From Candidatus Eiseniibacteriota bacterium (GTDB lineage: Bacteria > Eisenbacteria > RBG-16-71-46 > CAIMUX01 > VGJL01): DNA of 64,000 nucleotides. This document shows, one piece after another, positions 1 through 10,582 of the stretch. The notes beneath the pieces are model-generated. The model did no database searches. It had not been told where the DNA came from and was given only the letters and a program-made list of their open reading frames with translations. Positions within the stretch are counted from its first letter, which is position 1. Every line of letters starts with the position of its first letter. The position numbers were made by a program, and so were the translations under genes. The stretch covers positions 384,001 to 448,000 of the forward strand of contig CAWBWI010000001.1 in assembly GCA_963792585.1 (NCBI GenBank), read 5' to 3'.

Positions 1-227
1 ATGGACTATCCCCGCCCCTTCAAGGTAGTGGCCATATCAGCGCGGCAACGTCATCTTGCGGGTGACAGATCGCCTGTGCGCACGGTGAATCCCCCCTGTC
101 CGATGACGACCCGGCCGGGCGACGAGACGATGGCGGCTCCGCCGGCGAATTGCGCTTCAAAGCAGGAGAAGTCTATCATCTCGTACTGGTTACGTCAAAA
201 ATCAGGCGTGGGGAAGGAGGGGCGAGG

Positions 228-1331
228 GTGAGGCTCGAACCGGTCGCATACATGACGTGGGCAAAGGCCCAGCTCGAACGGGGAGACATCCACAACCTCG
301 GCTCGAGCGGCATCCGGCAGCTGGTCCCGATCGAAGAGATCCTGGCGATCATCCCCGAGGTCGACTTCACGCAAACGAACGAGGACGGATTGCCGGCGCT
401 GCGAGAGGCGATCGCGGCGCGTTTTCGCGTCGAAGCGACGCAGGTCCTCGTGGCCGAGGGCGCGAGCCTGGCGAACTTCCTGATGCTCGCGGCCGTCGTT
501 CGTCCGGGGGATCCAGTCCTCATCGAGGATCCGTACTACGAGCCGCTCGGATCGGTGCTGCGATCGCTCGAGGCGAGGATCGTCACCGTTCCCGTCGACG
601 TCGCCGATGGATACGCCGCCCTCCTCGAACGGCTCCGCGACGCGCGCGGTCCCCGCTGGCGGGCCGTGGTCATCACGCATCCCCACAACCCCACGGGGGT
701 GCGAATCGAAGCGGGGCTCCTCAGCGAGTTGGCCGCGGCATGCGAACGGATCGGGGCGGTCCTCCTCGTGGACGAGGCGTATCGCGAGATCCTCTTCGAG
801 GATCCTCCGGGTTGCGCATCGCACCACGGGCCATCGGTCGTCACGACGGCCAGTCTCACGAAGGTGTACGGTCTGAGCCACCTGCGCATCGGATGGGCGA
901 TCGGCCCCGCGGAGCGAATCGCGCGCGCCATGCGCCTCCACGACAACCTCGGAGTGGTCCACCCGTACCTGACCGAAGCGATCGGGGCGCGGATCCTGGC
1001 CGCGCCGGGGAGAATCGACGGCTGGCGCGCCACGCTTCGGAAACGGGTCACGGCCAACCGCGCGCGCCTTGCCGCCTTCCTGGATGCGGAGCCGCGCCTT
1101 TCCGGCGGGATGCCCGCGGCCGGCATCCTCGCCTTTCCTCGGTGGACCGGCGGCCCCGGCCTCCCGGACGCCGAGACGCTTTGCCGGCGGGCACGCGAGG
1201 AAGCCCGCGTCGCACTCGTTCCCGGCCGGTTCTTCCAGCGGCCGGAGCATGTCCGCATCGCCGTCGGGGGAACGGAGCCGAGCGTCGCGGAGGCGATCGA
1301 TGCGCTCGCGACGTTTCTGAAAGAGCGATAG
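228..1331 (+). CDS. PLP-dependent aminotransferase, class I/II
   Basis: Motifs HPHNPTG, LVDEAY and SLTKVYGLSHLRIGW (PLP lysine); GTG start at 228 after AGGAGG. Confidence 0.9.
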   Translation: MRLEPVAYMTWAKAQLERGDIHNLGSSGIRQLVPIEEILAIIPEVDFTQTNEDGLPALREAIAARFRVEATQVLVAEGASLANFLMLAAVVRPGDPVLIEDPYYEPLGSVLRSLEARIVTVPVDVADGYAALLERLRDARGPRWRAVVITHPHNPTGVRIEAGLLSELAAACERIGAVLLVDEAYREILFEDPPGCASHHGPSVVTTASLTKVYGLSHLRIGWAIGPAERIARAMRLHDNLGVVHPYLTEAIGARILAAPGRIDGWRATLRKRVTANRARLAAFLDAEPRLSGGMPAAGILAFPRWTGGPGLPDAETLCRRAREEARVALVPGRFFQRPEHVRIAVGGTEPSVAEAIDALATFLKER

Positions 1332-1360
1332 GATCTCAGTTCCGGGGGGAGGAGGCCGCG

Positions 1361-2125
1361 ATGGAACTCTGGTTCGAGGATGAGACCTTCTGGGCCTCCT
1401 TCCGCGACGTGCTCTTTGGTCGCCAGCGCTGGGAATCGACGCCGGCGTCGGCGGATCAGATCCTCACCCAGGCCGCGCCGGCGCCGGGGGGGAGCGTCCT
1501 CGACCTCTGCTGCGGGCCGGGACGGTTTTCGCTCGAGTTCGCGCGAAGGGGCTACCGGGTGACGGGGGTGGACCGAACTGCGGCCTACATCGACGAGGCG
1601 CGCGCCCACGCGGCAGAGGAGCGCCTCGACGTCGAATTCATCCTCGAGGACATGCGTCGATTTCGACGTCCGGGCGCGTTCGATCTCGCGATCAACCTGT
1701 TCACCTCCTTCGGGTATTTCGAAGATCCGGCCGAGGATCTTCGGGTCGCGGAGAATCTCTGCGCATCTCTGCGTCCCGGCGGCCGCCTGGTGATCGATGT
1801 GATCGGCAAGGAGATCATCGCGCGCGGCTTCCGCCCGATCGACGCCTCGTGGGTCGACGAGGAGAAGAAGGTCCTCATGCTGGAGGAACGGAACCTTCGC
1901 GACGGCTGGGGATGGATCGACACGACCTGGACCCTGTTCCGCGACGCGGATCGAATCTCTCGTTCCTTCGGGCTCCGGCTCTACTCGGGATGCGAACTGA
2001 TCGACTTGCTCCACCGGGCCGGGTTCACGAAGGTGACCGTTCACGGTGGAATCGATGGAAGCCCATATGACCACCAGGCGCGACGATTGGTAGCGATCGC
2101 CGTCAAGGGGGAAGAGAACGCATGA
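1361..2125 (+). CDS. Class I SAM-dependent methyltransferase
   Basis: VLDLCCGPGR motif I, FTSFGYF, LRPGGRLVID; ATG at 1361 after GGAGGAGG (3' part of ORF 257..2125). Confidence 0.9.
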   Translation: MELWFEDETFWASFRDVLFGRQRWESTPASADQILTQAAPAPGGSVLDLCCGPGRFSLEFARRGYRVTGVDRTAAYIDEARAHAAEERLDVEFILEDMRRFRRPGAFDLAINLFTSFGYFEDPAEDLRVAENLCASLRPGGRLVIDVIGKEIIARGFRPIDASWVDEEKKVLMLEERNLRDGWGWIDTTWTLFRDADRISRSFGLRLYSGCELIDLLHRAGFTKVTVHGGIDGSPYDHQARRLVAIAVKGEENA

Positions 2126-4455
2126 GACTCAATTGGCTGGTGACATGCCGGCTGGCCTTCGTTCTTGCGATCGGCATACGGATCGCGACCCCCGCAATGG
2201 CGCGCGAGGGGGACCGATACTGGGTCTACTTGAAGGTCGCCGGGGAGGCAAAGGTGGAAGGACAGAGCGCCCCCGCCCTGTCCCCGCGCGCGATCCTGCG
2301 AATGGAACGCGTCGGCAGGATCCCCGGCGGAGATCGGCGCGACTACGCGCTGACGGGGTCCGACCTCGCTCCGATCCTGGAGCGGGGTCTCTCGATTCAC
2401 CGCGTCTCCAGATTCCTCCAGGCCGCTTCCGTGTGGATGAGCGCGGAGCAGGCGCGGGAGATCGGCACGGACCCGCGTGTGCGGGATGTCACGCCGGTCG
2501 GCCGGTTCGTCCGGCCCCTCGATCCCGAGACCGCGACCGCTGCCGCACCGGAGTCGGGCAAACGATCCGACGACCCGGCCGACACCGATCCGCGTTCCCT
2601 GACGCCGGCCGACTACGGATCCGCGTGGGACCAGCTCGACATGCTCGGCGTCCCCGAGATGCACGTTCGCGGCTACAGCGGGCTGGGCGTCCTGGTGGCC
2701 GTCTTCGACACGGGCTTCTACAAGACCCACACGAGCCTCACGCACCTCGACAAGCTCACGGAGCGCGACTTCGTCTGCGGTGACGATGAGGTCCAGTATT
2801 TCTCCGGTGACCCATGCGGCATCGCGCGGGCCAACGACCACGGCACCTACACCTGGTCGGCCCTCGGCGGATTCGCGCCCGGGAAGCTCCTCGGCCCAGC
2901 GTACCGGGCGACCTTCGCGCTCGCCAGGACGGAGGACGTCACCCAGGAAGTCCACCAGGAGGAGGACAACTACATCGCGGCGCTCGAGTGGGCGGATAGT
3001 CTCGGCGCCGACATCGTTTCCTCGTCCCTCGGCTATCGAACGTTCGACGACGGTTCGGAGTACTCGGTGGCTGCGCTCGACGGACGGACGGCGCCGATCA
3101 CGATCGCGACGGACGTGGCTGCGGATCGGGGGATCCTGGTCGTCACCGCCATGGGAAACGAAGGTCCCGGCGTCTCATCCTTGGGCGCGCCCGCCGACGG
3201 CCGCCGGGTCGTAGCTGTCGGCGCGATCGATTCGCGGGGGGTCCTCGCCTCGTTCAGCAGCTGGGGACCGACCGGCGACGGTCGCATCAAGCCCGACGTC
3301 GTCGCGCTCGGCGTGGCGACATATTGCGCCGCGTCGAGCAGCCCGAACGTCTATGCGCGGGTTGGGGGCACGTCTCTCTCGACGCCGCTGATCGCGGGAC
3401 TCGCGGCGCTCCTGGTCGAAGCGCACCCCACCTGGGGACCCGACAGCGTCTCCGCCGCGCTCCGCGCCTCGGGGGATCGTCACGCCGACCCGCTGAACAC
3501 CCTCGGATGGGGCGTTCCGGACGGGTTGCGCGCCTCGCGGATCGAAGATGCCCGGCTTCGGCTCGCCGCGTCGGTGTGGGATGACACGTCCGAGGGGGGC
3601 AACGGCAACGCGATTCCGAGCTGGGGAGAAACCGGCGGTCTCTCCATATGGGTGCGCAACGTAGGGCGGATGGATGCGGTTTCCTCCCGAGTCTGGCCCA
3701 CGGCGCACGATGCGAGGATCTCCCTTCTCGATAGCGCTGCGGTCACCCTCCCCTCGCTTGGAGTCGGTGACTCCGCCCTCGTCTCGCTGGGACGCGTGCA
3801 GATCGGCGGAGGGGAGGGGCAGGATGCCCTTCCAGTCTTCGTCCACTTCGATCTCGCCGGCATGGAGACCAACCAGCGGCTCTACCTGCCGGTGCTTCCG
3901 TCGAACCTGGTGGCCGACTTTCACGCCGACGCGGACGAGGCCGGGGCGGTGCGTCTGACGTGGCGTTTGGCCTCGGGCGCGGCGATGGGCCAGCAGCTCT
4001 ACCGGAAGTTCGGATCGGAGCCCCGGACGCTTCTGAATGCTGCACCGCTGCCGCCGGACTCGCTTGCCTGGACCGACAGGCCGGGAACGTCCGGCGCGTT
4101 CGAGTACAGCCTCGAGGTTCTGCTGCCCGGCGGATTCGTCTCCCAGGAGGGACCCTACGTCGTCACGATTGTGGAACCGACGCGGGCGCTTGTCGGCAAG
4201 CCGTATCCCAATCCCGCGACGAGGGGGACGATATCGATTCCGCTCGCGTGGCCCCGCACCGATTCTCCTCAGGTCAAGATCTACGCGATCACGGGGCGTC
4301 GGTGCGTGCGCACCTTGATCGGCGATGGGGGGGTGGGAGCCTATCCGATCCTCGCATGGGATACGAAGGACGACGATGGCCGAGACGTCGCGTCCGGCCT
4401 CTACCTCGCGAGGGCTCCGGGAGGATCGACAAGGCGCTTGATCGTCGTACGCTGA
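2122..4455 (+). CDS. Secreted S8 (subtilisin-like) serine peptidase with C-terminal FlgD-Ig/PNP-type domain
   Basis: Signal peptide; triad motifs FDTG, DHGT, GTSLSTP; SSWGPT..IKPDV; tail PYPNP...WDTKDDDGRDVASGLY. Confidence 0.9.
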   Translation: MRLNWLVTCRLAFVLAIGIRIATPAMAREGDRYWVYLKVAGEAKVEGQSAPALSPRAILRMERVGRIPGGDRRDYALTGSDLAPILERGLSIHRVSRFLQAASVWMSAEQAREIGTDPRVRDVTPVGRFVRPLDPETATAAAPESGKRSDDPADTDPRSLTPADYGSAWDQLDMLGVPEMHVRGYSGLGVLVAVFDTGFYKTHTSLTHLDKLTERDFVCGDDEVQYFSGDPCGIARANDHGTYTWSALGGFAPGKLLGPAYRATFALARTEDVTQEVHQEEDNYIAALEWADSLGADIVSSSLGYRTFDDGSEYSVAALDGRTAPITIATDVAADRGILVVTAMGNEGPGVSSLGAPADGRRVVAVGAIDSRGVLASFSSWGPTGDGRIKPDVVALGVATYCAASSSPNVYARVGGTSLSTPLIAGLAALLVEAHPTWGPDSVSAALRASGDRHADPLNTLGWGVPDGLRASRIEDARLRLAASVWDDTSEGGNGNAIPSWGETGGLSIWVRNVGRMDAVSSRVWPTAHDARISLLDSAAVTLPSLGVGDSALVSLGRVQIGGGEGQDALPVFVHFDLAGMETNQRLYLPVLPSNLVADFHADADEAGAVRLTWRLASGAAMGQQLYRKFGSEPRTLLNAAPLPPDSLAWTDRPGTSGAFEYSLEVLLPGGFVSQEGPYVVTIVEPTRALVGKPYPNPATRGTISIPLAWPRTDSPQVKIYAITGRRCVRTLIGDGGVGAYPILAWDTKDDDGRDVASGLYLARAPGGSTRRLIVVR

Positions 4456-4461
4456 CGCAAA

Positions 4462-4491
4462 GCCGGTCGCGGGGGAGGCCCCGCGACCGGC
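4462..4491. terminator. Perfect 13-bp hairpin between convergent protease genes, probably a terminator
   Basis: GCCGGTCGCGGGG-GAGG-CCCCGCGACCGGC; short T-run follows on the minus strand. Confidence 0.65.
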
Positions 4492-4519
4492 AGTTCGTGT
4501 TCCGATATCCTCGGCGGCG

Positions 4520-6860
4520 CTACTTCAGCAAGGTGACCCGGCGACTCAGCGCGATGCCGCGGCCTTCCAGGCGCACCCAGTAGGAGCCGCTCGCGACCGG
4601 CCGTCCGCCGGAGTCGGTCCCATCCCAGACCAGGGAGCGTTCGAACGAGCCGGGAGCCGCGCCGATGTCCCAGGTCCTGACGAGGGCGCCGTTCGCGGCG
4701 TAAATCCGGATCTGTGTCGGACCGGCGGCGGGTGTCCGGAAGCGAATCACCGTCACCGGGTTGAATGGGTTCGGCGAAACGTCGAGGGCGGGACGATCGA
4801 GCCGGATTCCATCCGCGACCCCCGCCGGATCGATGAGGCTCACGTTCGCCTCGTTCGAGGCATCGCCTTCGGACCTCTCATAGACCCCGCGCACGATGTA
4901 GTGCCAGACCCCGATCGGCACACCGGCGTCGACGTAGAAGACGACCGCGGATGTGTCGGCAATCTCGGTGAGAGGAGTCTCCGGGAACGGCTCGCCCGAA
5001 TAGGCCCGGTAGATTCGATAGGAGAGAAGCAGGTTGTGCGGGTGGATGCCGATGGGCCGCTCCCAGGATAGGGTCACGGTGTCGGCAACGGCCGTGGCGG
5101 TGAGATTCGTCGGCGCGGGCGCCGGTAGGCGCACCTCGATCTCGACCTCGTTCGACGGACCGCTCTCGCCCTGAACGTACAACCCGGTGACGACGTATTT
5201 GTACGATCCATCCGGCAGGACCGGATCCACGTACTGCAGGAGGCTGCTCGCCACGCTGACCTCCGCGATCGGGGTGAGGGGATAGGACTCACCGATCAGC
5301 GCGCGGTAGACCCGATACTTCTGCAGCAAGTTGTACGGATTCGAGCGCTCCGGTCGCTGCCAGTTCAAGGTCGCCGTGTCGCCGGCCACGCTGACGGTCA
5401 GGCTCTCCGGCGGGAAGTTCGGCAACCGGGTGCGCACGTACTGCGCCGCCGCGCCGACGTCGATGATCCCCCAACCGTAGTCGTTGTCCTCCCCGACGTC
5501 TCCGCGATCGAACGCGGTCGCCATGAGTGCGGTCTTCACGTCATCGACGGTGAGGTCCGGGTTGAGCTGGCGCAGGATCGCGACCGCGCCCGGAGATGTG
5601 CGGGCATGCCATCGAGCAGCCGCTCAGGTTTCCGTAGCCGTTGCCGGGGATCGACGAGTTGATCGAAGTTCCCGGGGCCGTGACCTCCGGCTTGATCGAG
5701 GTGGAGTCGCACGGAGAGGGGCCGCGACCGCTCGCCGTTCGCGATCGGGATAGCCGGGGGGTGCGGATTGACGTTGCCCACGCCGAAGTTCGACCGTGGG
5801 GGAATCAGCGCGGCTCTCCGGGCTGTTGACCGTCGCGTATCCCGGCCCCGTGTTGTCGACTGCGATCGTGTTGACGATGCCGGCCGCCTCGACCACGTCG
5901 ATCGCGTTCCAGTAGGTATGGTCGCAGTTGAGGGTGTTGCCCCACGAGTTGTTGATCACGTCGGGGACGTCGTCGATCGTTCGCCGGATCACCGTCCGGA
6001 TCGATCGGCCCACTGGTAGCACTCGATGATCGTCTGGACGTTGTAGCCGATCAGGACCCCCGCGGCGATCCACTGCGCGCCGGGAGCGACGCCGATCGGC
6101 GTGTGGTCCGGCTTCTCGCCGATCATGATCCCGGTGACGTGGGTTCCGTGGATGCCGCTGTCGTACGGGAAGGTCGGATCCGTGTAGGGATCCTTCCACG
6201 CCTCCCACCACTCCACTCCGGGCTGGGCGCCGCGCCAGCGGCTTGCCAGGGCCGGGTGGGTTCCGTCGACGCCGGTGTCGAAATCGGCAGACGAGCCGCC
6301 CCTGCCCCTTCAGACCCATCTGCCATGCCGGGCCAGATTGATGCAGATCAGGTTGTCCGAAAGGTCTCGGTCGCCATTGACGGGGGCGGCGTCGTCGGGC
6401 CAGCCGTCCCGGAGCTGGAGGGGAGCGTTCTCGAAGATCGTCCCGACGTCGGGCCGCGAGAGGAGCTGATCGAAGACCTGCGGCAGCGCTTCGACCGCGA
6501 TCATGTTCGTGACCCAGAACGGTTCGTAGGATCGGACCAGGCCCTGGCTCTTCCACCCTTCCAGTGCCTCGCACCAGATCCCGTTTGCGTGCGCGCGGCG
6601 AGGTCCTGCGCTTCGCGAACTGCGTGTTCGTGCTGGCGCCATCGCGACGTCAAGGCGAGCTGCGCAATCTCCCTCTGGAGCCGCGGCACGTCGACCTGCT
6701 GGTCGACCATCACGAGGCCCGAGACCATCTCACCGCGCGGCGTGCGCGCGAGCAGGTCGGCGAATCGCTGATCGTAGTCGGCCGCCACCACGGGTACCGA
6801 CACACACAGGAGGAAGGCGAGGCCAAGCAACATGCCGGTCCGGAAACCCTTCGTTGCCAA
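4520..6860 (-). CDS. Secreted S8 serine peptidase with two FN3-like repeats and FlgD-Ig tail (several frameshifts, likely sequencing errors)
   Basis: Fragments across frames: signal peptide and prodomain, FDTGVDGTHP, HGTHVTG, INNSWG, SGCSMACPH, DYGWG, two FN3-like units, SPNPFNP...WDGTDSGGRPVASGSY. Start uncertain (TTG 6860 or ATG 6833). Confidence 0.8.
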
Positions 6861-6948
6861 TATCCCTCCGAACAACAATCACCCTGGACGACAGGGGCTC
6901 TTCTACGTTCTCATGGTCCGGATCCCGCTGGAACAGACCCGGGCGTTC

Positions 6949-6992
6949 ATTGAGTACAGTCAATTATCATCTTGAATGACGAAAACGGGCAA
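6949..6992 (-). promoter_or_regulatory. Putative sigma70 promoter plus adjacent palindrome for the minus-strand protease
   Basis: Minus strand TTGCCC-N18-GATAAT; ATTGA-N6-TCAAT at 6949-6964; AT-rich island between divergent genes. Confidence 0.3.
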
Positions 6993-7020
6993 GCGCCCCG
7001 CTACGGAAGGGCTTCGACTC

Positions 7021-8966
7021 GTGCTTCGTGTGGAAAAGTTCACGAAGTCGTTCGGGACCCAGGTGCTGTTCGACTCGGTCGACTGGTTCTTGGGCGATCG
7101 CGACCGGATCGGGCTCGTCGGCCGCAACGGAACGGGGAAGTCGACCCTCCTGAAGATGCTGGCCGGGCTGGACACGCCCGACACGGGCCTCGTCCGCACC
7201 CCGCAGGCCAGACGGTCGGCTATCTTCCTCAGTTCGACTTCACGCCGGGCCCCGGGACGCGTCCTCGAGGAGTCCCGCCGGGCGTTCGAATCGGTCCTCG
7301 AATGGCGGTGGGAGACGGAGGAGATCGAGTCGCGGCTAACTCGCGGAGGATCGGCCTCGATTCGGCGGATGCCGAGGCGTTGCTCGATCCGCCACGCGGA
7401 GCTCGATGAGCGCTTCCGCCATCACGGCGGCTACGATATCGAGCGCCGGTCCATCAGGTCCTGACCGGGACTCGGGTTCGTGGAGAAGGACTTCGAACGG
7501 CCCGTCCGGGCCCTCTCCGGCGGTTGGCAGATGCGGGTCGCCCTGGCCCAGCTGCTCCTGATCGCGCCCCGATGTGCTGCTTCTCGACGAACCGACCAAC
7601 CATCTCGACATCGAGGCGCGCGTCTGGCTTGAAGGATTCCTGGCCGAGTATCCGGGCGGGTTCGTCCTCGTTTCGCACGACCGCCACTTCCTCGATCGCA
7701 CGGTGAACCGGATCACCGAGATCGTCGGACCGCGCGCTGCATCGACTACGACGGCAACTTCTCCCGCTACGTCGAGCACCGCGAGGCCCGCTACGAGATG
7801 GCCCTGAAGGCCTACGGCACCAGCAGGACGAGATCGGCCGGATCGAGCGATTTCATCGACCGCTTCCGGGTGCGCAAGAACACGAAGGCTGCCCCAAGTG
7901 CAGAGCCGGATCCGGATGCTCGAGAAGATCGACCGCGTCGGCCCCGCCGTGGCCGCCCTGCGCGCCCGATCCACTTCCGCTTCCCGCAGCCGACGCCTTC
8001 GGGCCGGATCGTTATGCGCCTGACGAGGGATCCACAAGGCGTACGGCAACCAGTGTCGGTGCTTCGACGGGCTCGACCTCGACCTCGAGCGGGGAGAGAG
8101 GGTCGCCCTGGTGCGGGCCAACGGGGCGGGGAAGTCGACCCTCATGCGGATCCTTGCCGGACGGAATCGGCGCAGGTCGGGAACGCGGGATGTCGGCCAC
8201 AAGGTCGCGATCGAGTTCTTCGGCCAGGACCAGGCGGACAGCTACCGCGGACCGGAACCTCCTGGATGAGACGATCGATCGCGCCCCGCTGGCCCTCGTG
8301 CCCCAGGTGCGCAGCCTTCTGGGAGCATTCCTCTTCAAGCGGGGAAGCGGTCGAGAAGCGGTCTCCGTGCTCTCGGGAGGGGAGAGAAACCGCTTCGCCC
8401 TGATGCTCATGCTCCTGCGGCCGGCGAATCTCCTCCTGCTCGACGAGCCGACGAACCACCTGGACATGGAGGCGCAGGACGTGCTCCTCGCGGCGCTGCA
8501 GGACTTCGAGGGGACGGTGGTCTTCGTCTCCCACGACCACGACTTCCTCGAGCGGCTCGCCACGCGGGTGGTCGAGGTCGGGGGCGGCACGATCCGGAGC
8601 TTCCCCGGCGACTACGAGTCGTATCTCTGGAAGAAGGAACGCGAGGCGCTCGCGCAGGCGGCCGCGATCGAGGCCGCCTCGGTTGTCGCGACGAGCGCGC
8701 GATCGGCGGACGGGGCCGTCGCGCCGAACCCGTCGCGCGATCGGGCCCGGGAAGACCGCAGGCGCCAGCGGCGGTTCGGGGAAGTCGAGGCCAGGATCGG
8801 CGTCCTGGAGGATCGACGCGCCAAGCTCGAGGGGCTCATGGCAAGCGAAGGCTTCTATCGCGATCCGGAGAAGTCACGTTTCTACGTCGAGGACCACAAG
8901 AGCATCGTCGACGAACTCACACTTCTCTATGAAGAGTGGCACGGTCTCAGCGAGGAGGATCCGTGA
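7021..8966 (+). CDS. ABC-F family ATPase (frameshifted)
   Basis: Two NBDs: GRNGTGKS, LSGGW, LLLDEPTNHLD twice, GANGAGKS, LSGGERNR, VSHD; C-terminal coiled coil; split over several frames. Confidence 0.85.
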
Positions 8967-9651
8967 GACGGCGGAGCAGCGCGTGCACCTCATCGGTCCG
9001 CGACAGGTCGGGCAGGAGCGCATCGGGCGCGTGCCGCGCGAGCGTCTCCACGTCGCAGAATCCGGTGGCGACCGCAACGGCGGCGGCGGAGCCCGCGCGG
9101 GCGCACCGGATGTCGTGCGGCGTGTCGCCGACGACCACGATGGGCGCGTCGGCAGCCTCCGGGCCCAATCGGTCGACCGCTCTCTGACGCGCGATCGGGA
9201 CCAACCGATCCCGGTCCGCATGATCGCTGCCGAAGGCGCCGAACCCGAACGTGCCGGTGATACCAAACTGCGCGAGCTTCCGGTGCGCCGCCTGCTCGAT
9301 GTTGCCGGTCAAGAGTCCCACGGCGAACTCCGGATCGCTGGTCAACCTCTCGAGGATTTCCCGGATTCCGGGATAGATCCGCCCAGAGGGACCGGTCGCC
9401 AACTCGATCTCCAGGCGTTCGAGGTAGCGCGCGAGCATCTCCTCGACCATTGGCGCGTCCGCGATCGGGACACCCGCGAGCGTCAGGATGTCGTAGAGGA
9501 TGGCGAGGTCGGTGCGCCCGGCGAACTCCACACTTCGTCCGTTGATCTCGTGTCCGAGGAGATCCGCGGCCGCCCGAAGGAAGGCGCGTCGTCCGGCGCC
9601 CCCCGTGTCACAGAGGGTGCCGTCGACGTCGAAGAGGACGATCCGGATCAA
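8947..9651 (-). CDS. HAD-family hydrolase (phosphoglycolate phosphatase-like)
   Basis: FDVDGTL motif I, LTGN, VGDTPHD. Confidence 0.9.
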   Translation of the reverse strand: MIRIVLFDVDGTLCDTGGAGRRAFLRAAADLLGHEINGRSVEFAGRTDLAILYDILTLAGVPIADAPMVEEMLARYLERLEIELATGPSGRIYPGIREILERLTSDPEFAVGLLTGNIEQAAHRKLAQFGITGTFGFGAFGSDHADRDRLVPIARQRAVDRLGPEAADAPIVVVGDTPHDIRCARAGSAAAVAVATGFCDVETLARHAPDALLPDLSRTDEVHALLRRLTDPPR

Positions 9652-10340
9652 ACCGCTGAGGCTTCGTCCGGGGGAGCGCTCGCGGAGTCGTCGGTCGCGG
9701 ACACCGGGACGGGATCGGGGATCGGCAGGCCTGCGATCTTGAGCATGGCGTGATAGTCGTCTTGATCCTCGATCGAACGGATGATCGCGGTGTAGCCCGT
9801 CTCGTAGTCGATCAGTTCATCCCCGTGCCGCTTGATGATGTCCCACAGCTCTCCTTGGGGAGGAAGGGCGAGAATCTCCTCGGCGATCGACGGCTCGAAG
9901 AATGCAGGCAGACCGAGGCTCATCTGGTGTGTCGGGACGAGGATCTTCTTCTTTCCCTCGATGAAGGCCGTCTGGAGCTCGCGGATCAACTCCGGCAACA
10001 GGAGCGGCTGGTCGCCGAGTCCGATGCAGAAGCCTTTGGATCCCGGCGGGATCTCCCGCACTCCCAGTCTCAAGAAGGTCCCCATCCCTTCGTCGAAGAG
10101 CGGGTTCTTGACGATCCGAACGTTCGGCGGCAGGGGGCCGAGTTGAGAAGCGATCAGGTCAGCCTTGTAGCCGAGTACGAGGATCACGTCGGAGACGCCG
10201 GCATCCAGGTACGCGCGCAGGGTCCGGCCAAGGACCGTGACGTCCCCGAAGGGAAGGATCTGCTTGGGGACGCGGAGGTGGCGAACCTCACGGCCGCCCA
10301 ACAGGATCGCGGGAATCGAGACGGAAGACGTTTTGGGCAT
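9648..10340 (-). CDS. MocA/MobA-like nucleotidyltransferase family protein
   Basis: PKQILPFG, GMGTFL, LGDQP, C-terminal IEDQDDY; N-terminal LAAG motif is degenerate. Confidence 0.75.
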   Translation of the reverse strand: MPKTSSVSIPAILLGGREVRHLRVPKQILPFGDVTVLGRTLRAYLDAGVSDVILVLGYKADLIASQLGPLPPNVRIVKNPLFDEGMGTFLRLGVREIPPGSKGFCIGLGDQPLLLPELIRELQTAFIEGKKKILVPTHQMSLGLPAFFEPSIAEEILALPPQGELWDIIKRHGDELIDYETGYTAIIRSIEDQDDYHAMLKIAGLPIPDPVPVSATDDSASAPPDEASAV

Positions 10341-10582
10341 GAAACCAGACTCCTCGGTTGGATTTGGGGCCTCGGCTGGGCCGCTGGAAACAAAAGATCA
10401 CTATAGGAGCGCCCGTTGGATGGGGGCAACGCCTTTTCTAACAGCCTGCGAGAGATGCGATTCCGGCGACCCTCGCGACCGCCGAGAAGATCGTCGGGCT
10501 GGCGTTTGCGTCCGGCGCCGGATAGACTCGGCAGTGCCGCCGGGGTTGGGATCGGCACGGTCTCTCAATCGGAGGCTCCGCC

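Noticed and set aside
1..227. 76-aa ORF at the window start
   Set aside because: No recognisable motifs; more likely the upstream region of the aminotransferase or part of a feature outside the window
7021..8400. Programmed frameshifting in the ABC-F, flxA or flxB genes
   Set aside because: Multiple scattered indels without recognisable slippery sites; the same pattern occurs in housekeeping genes
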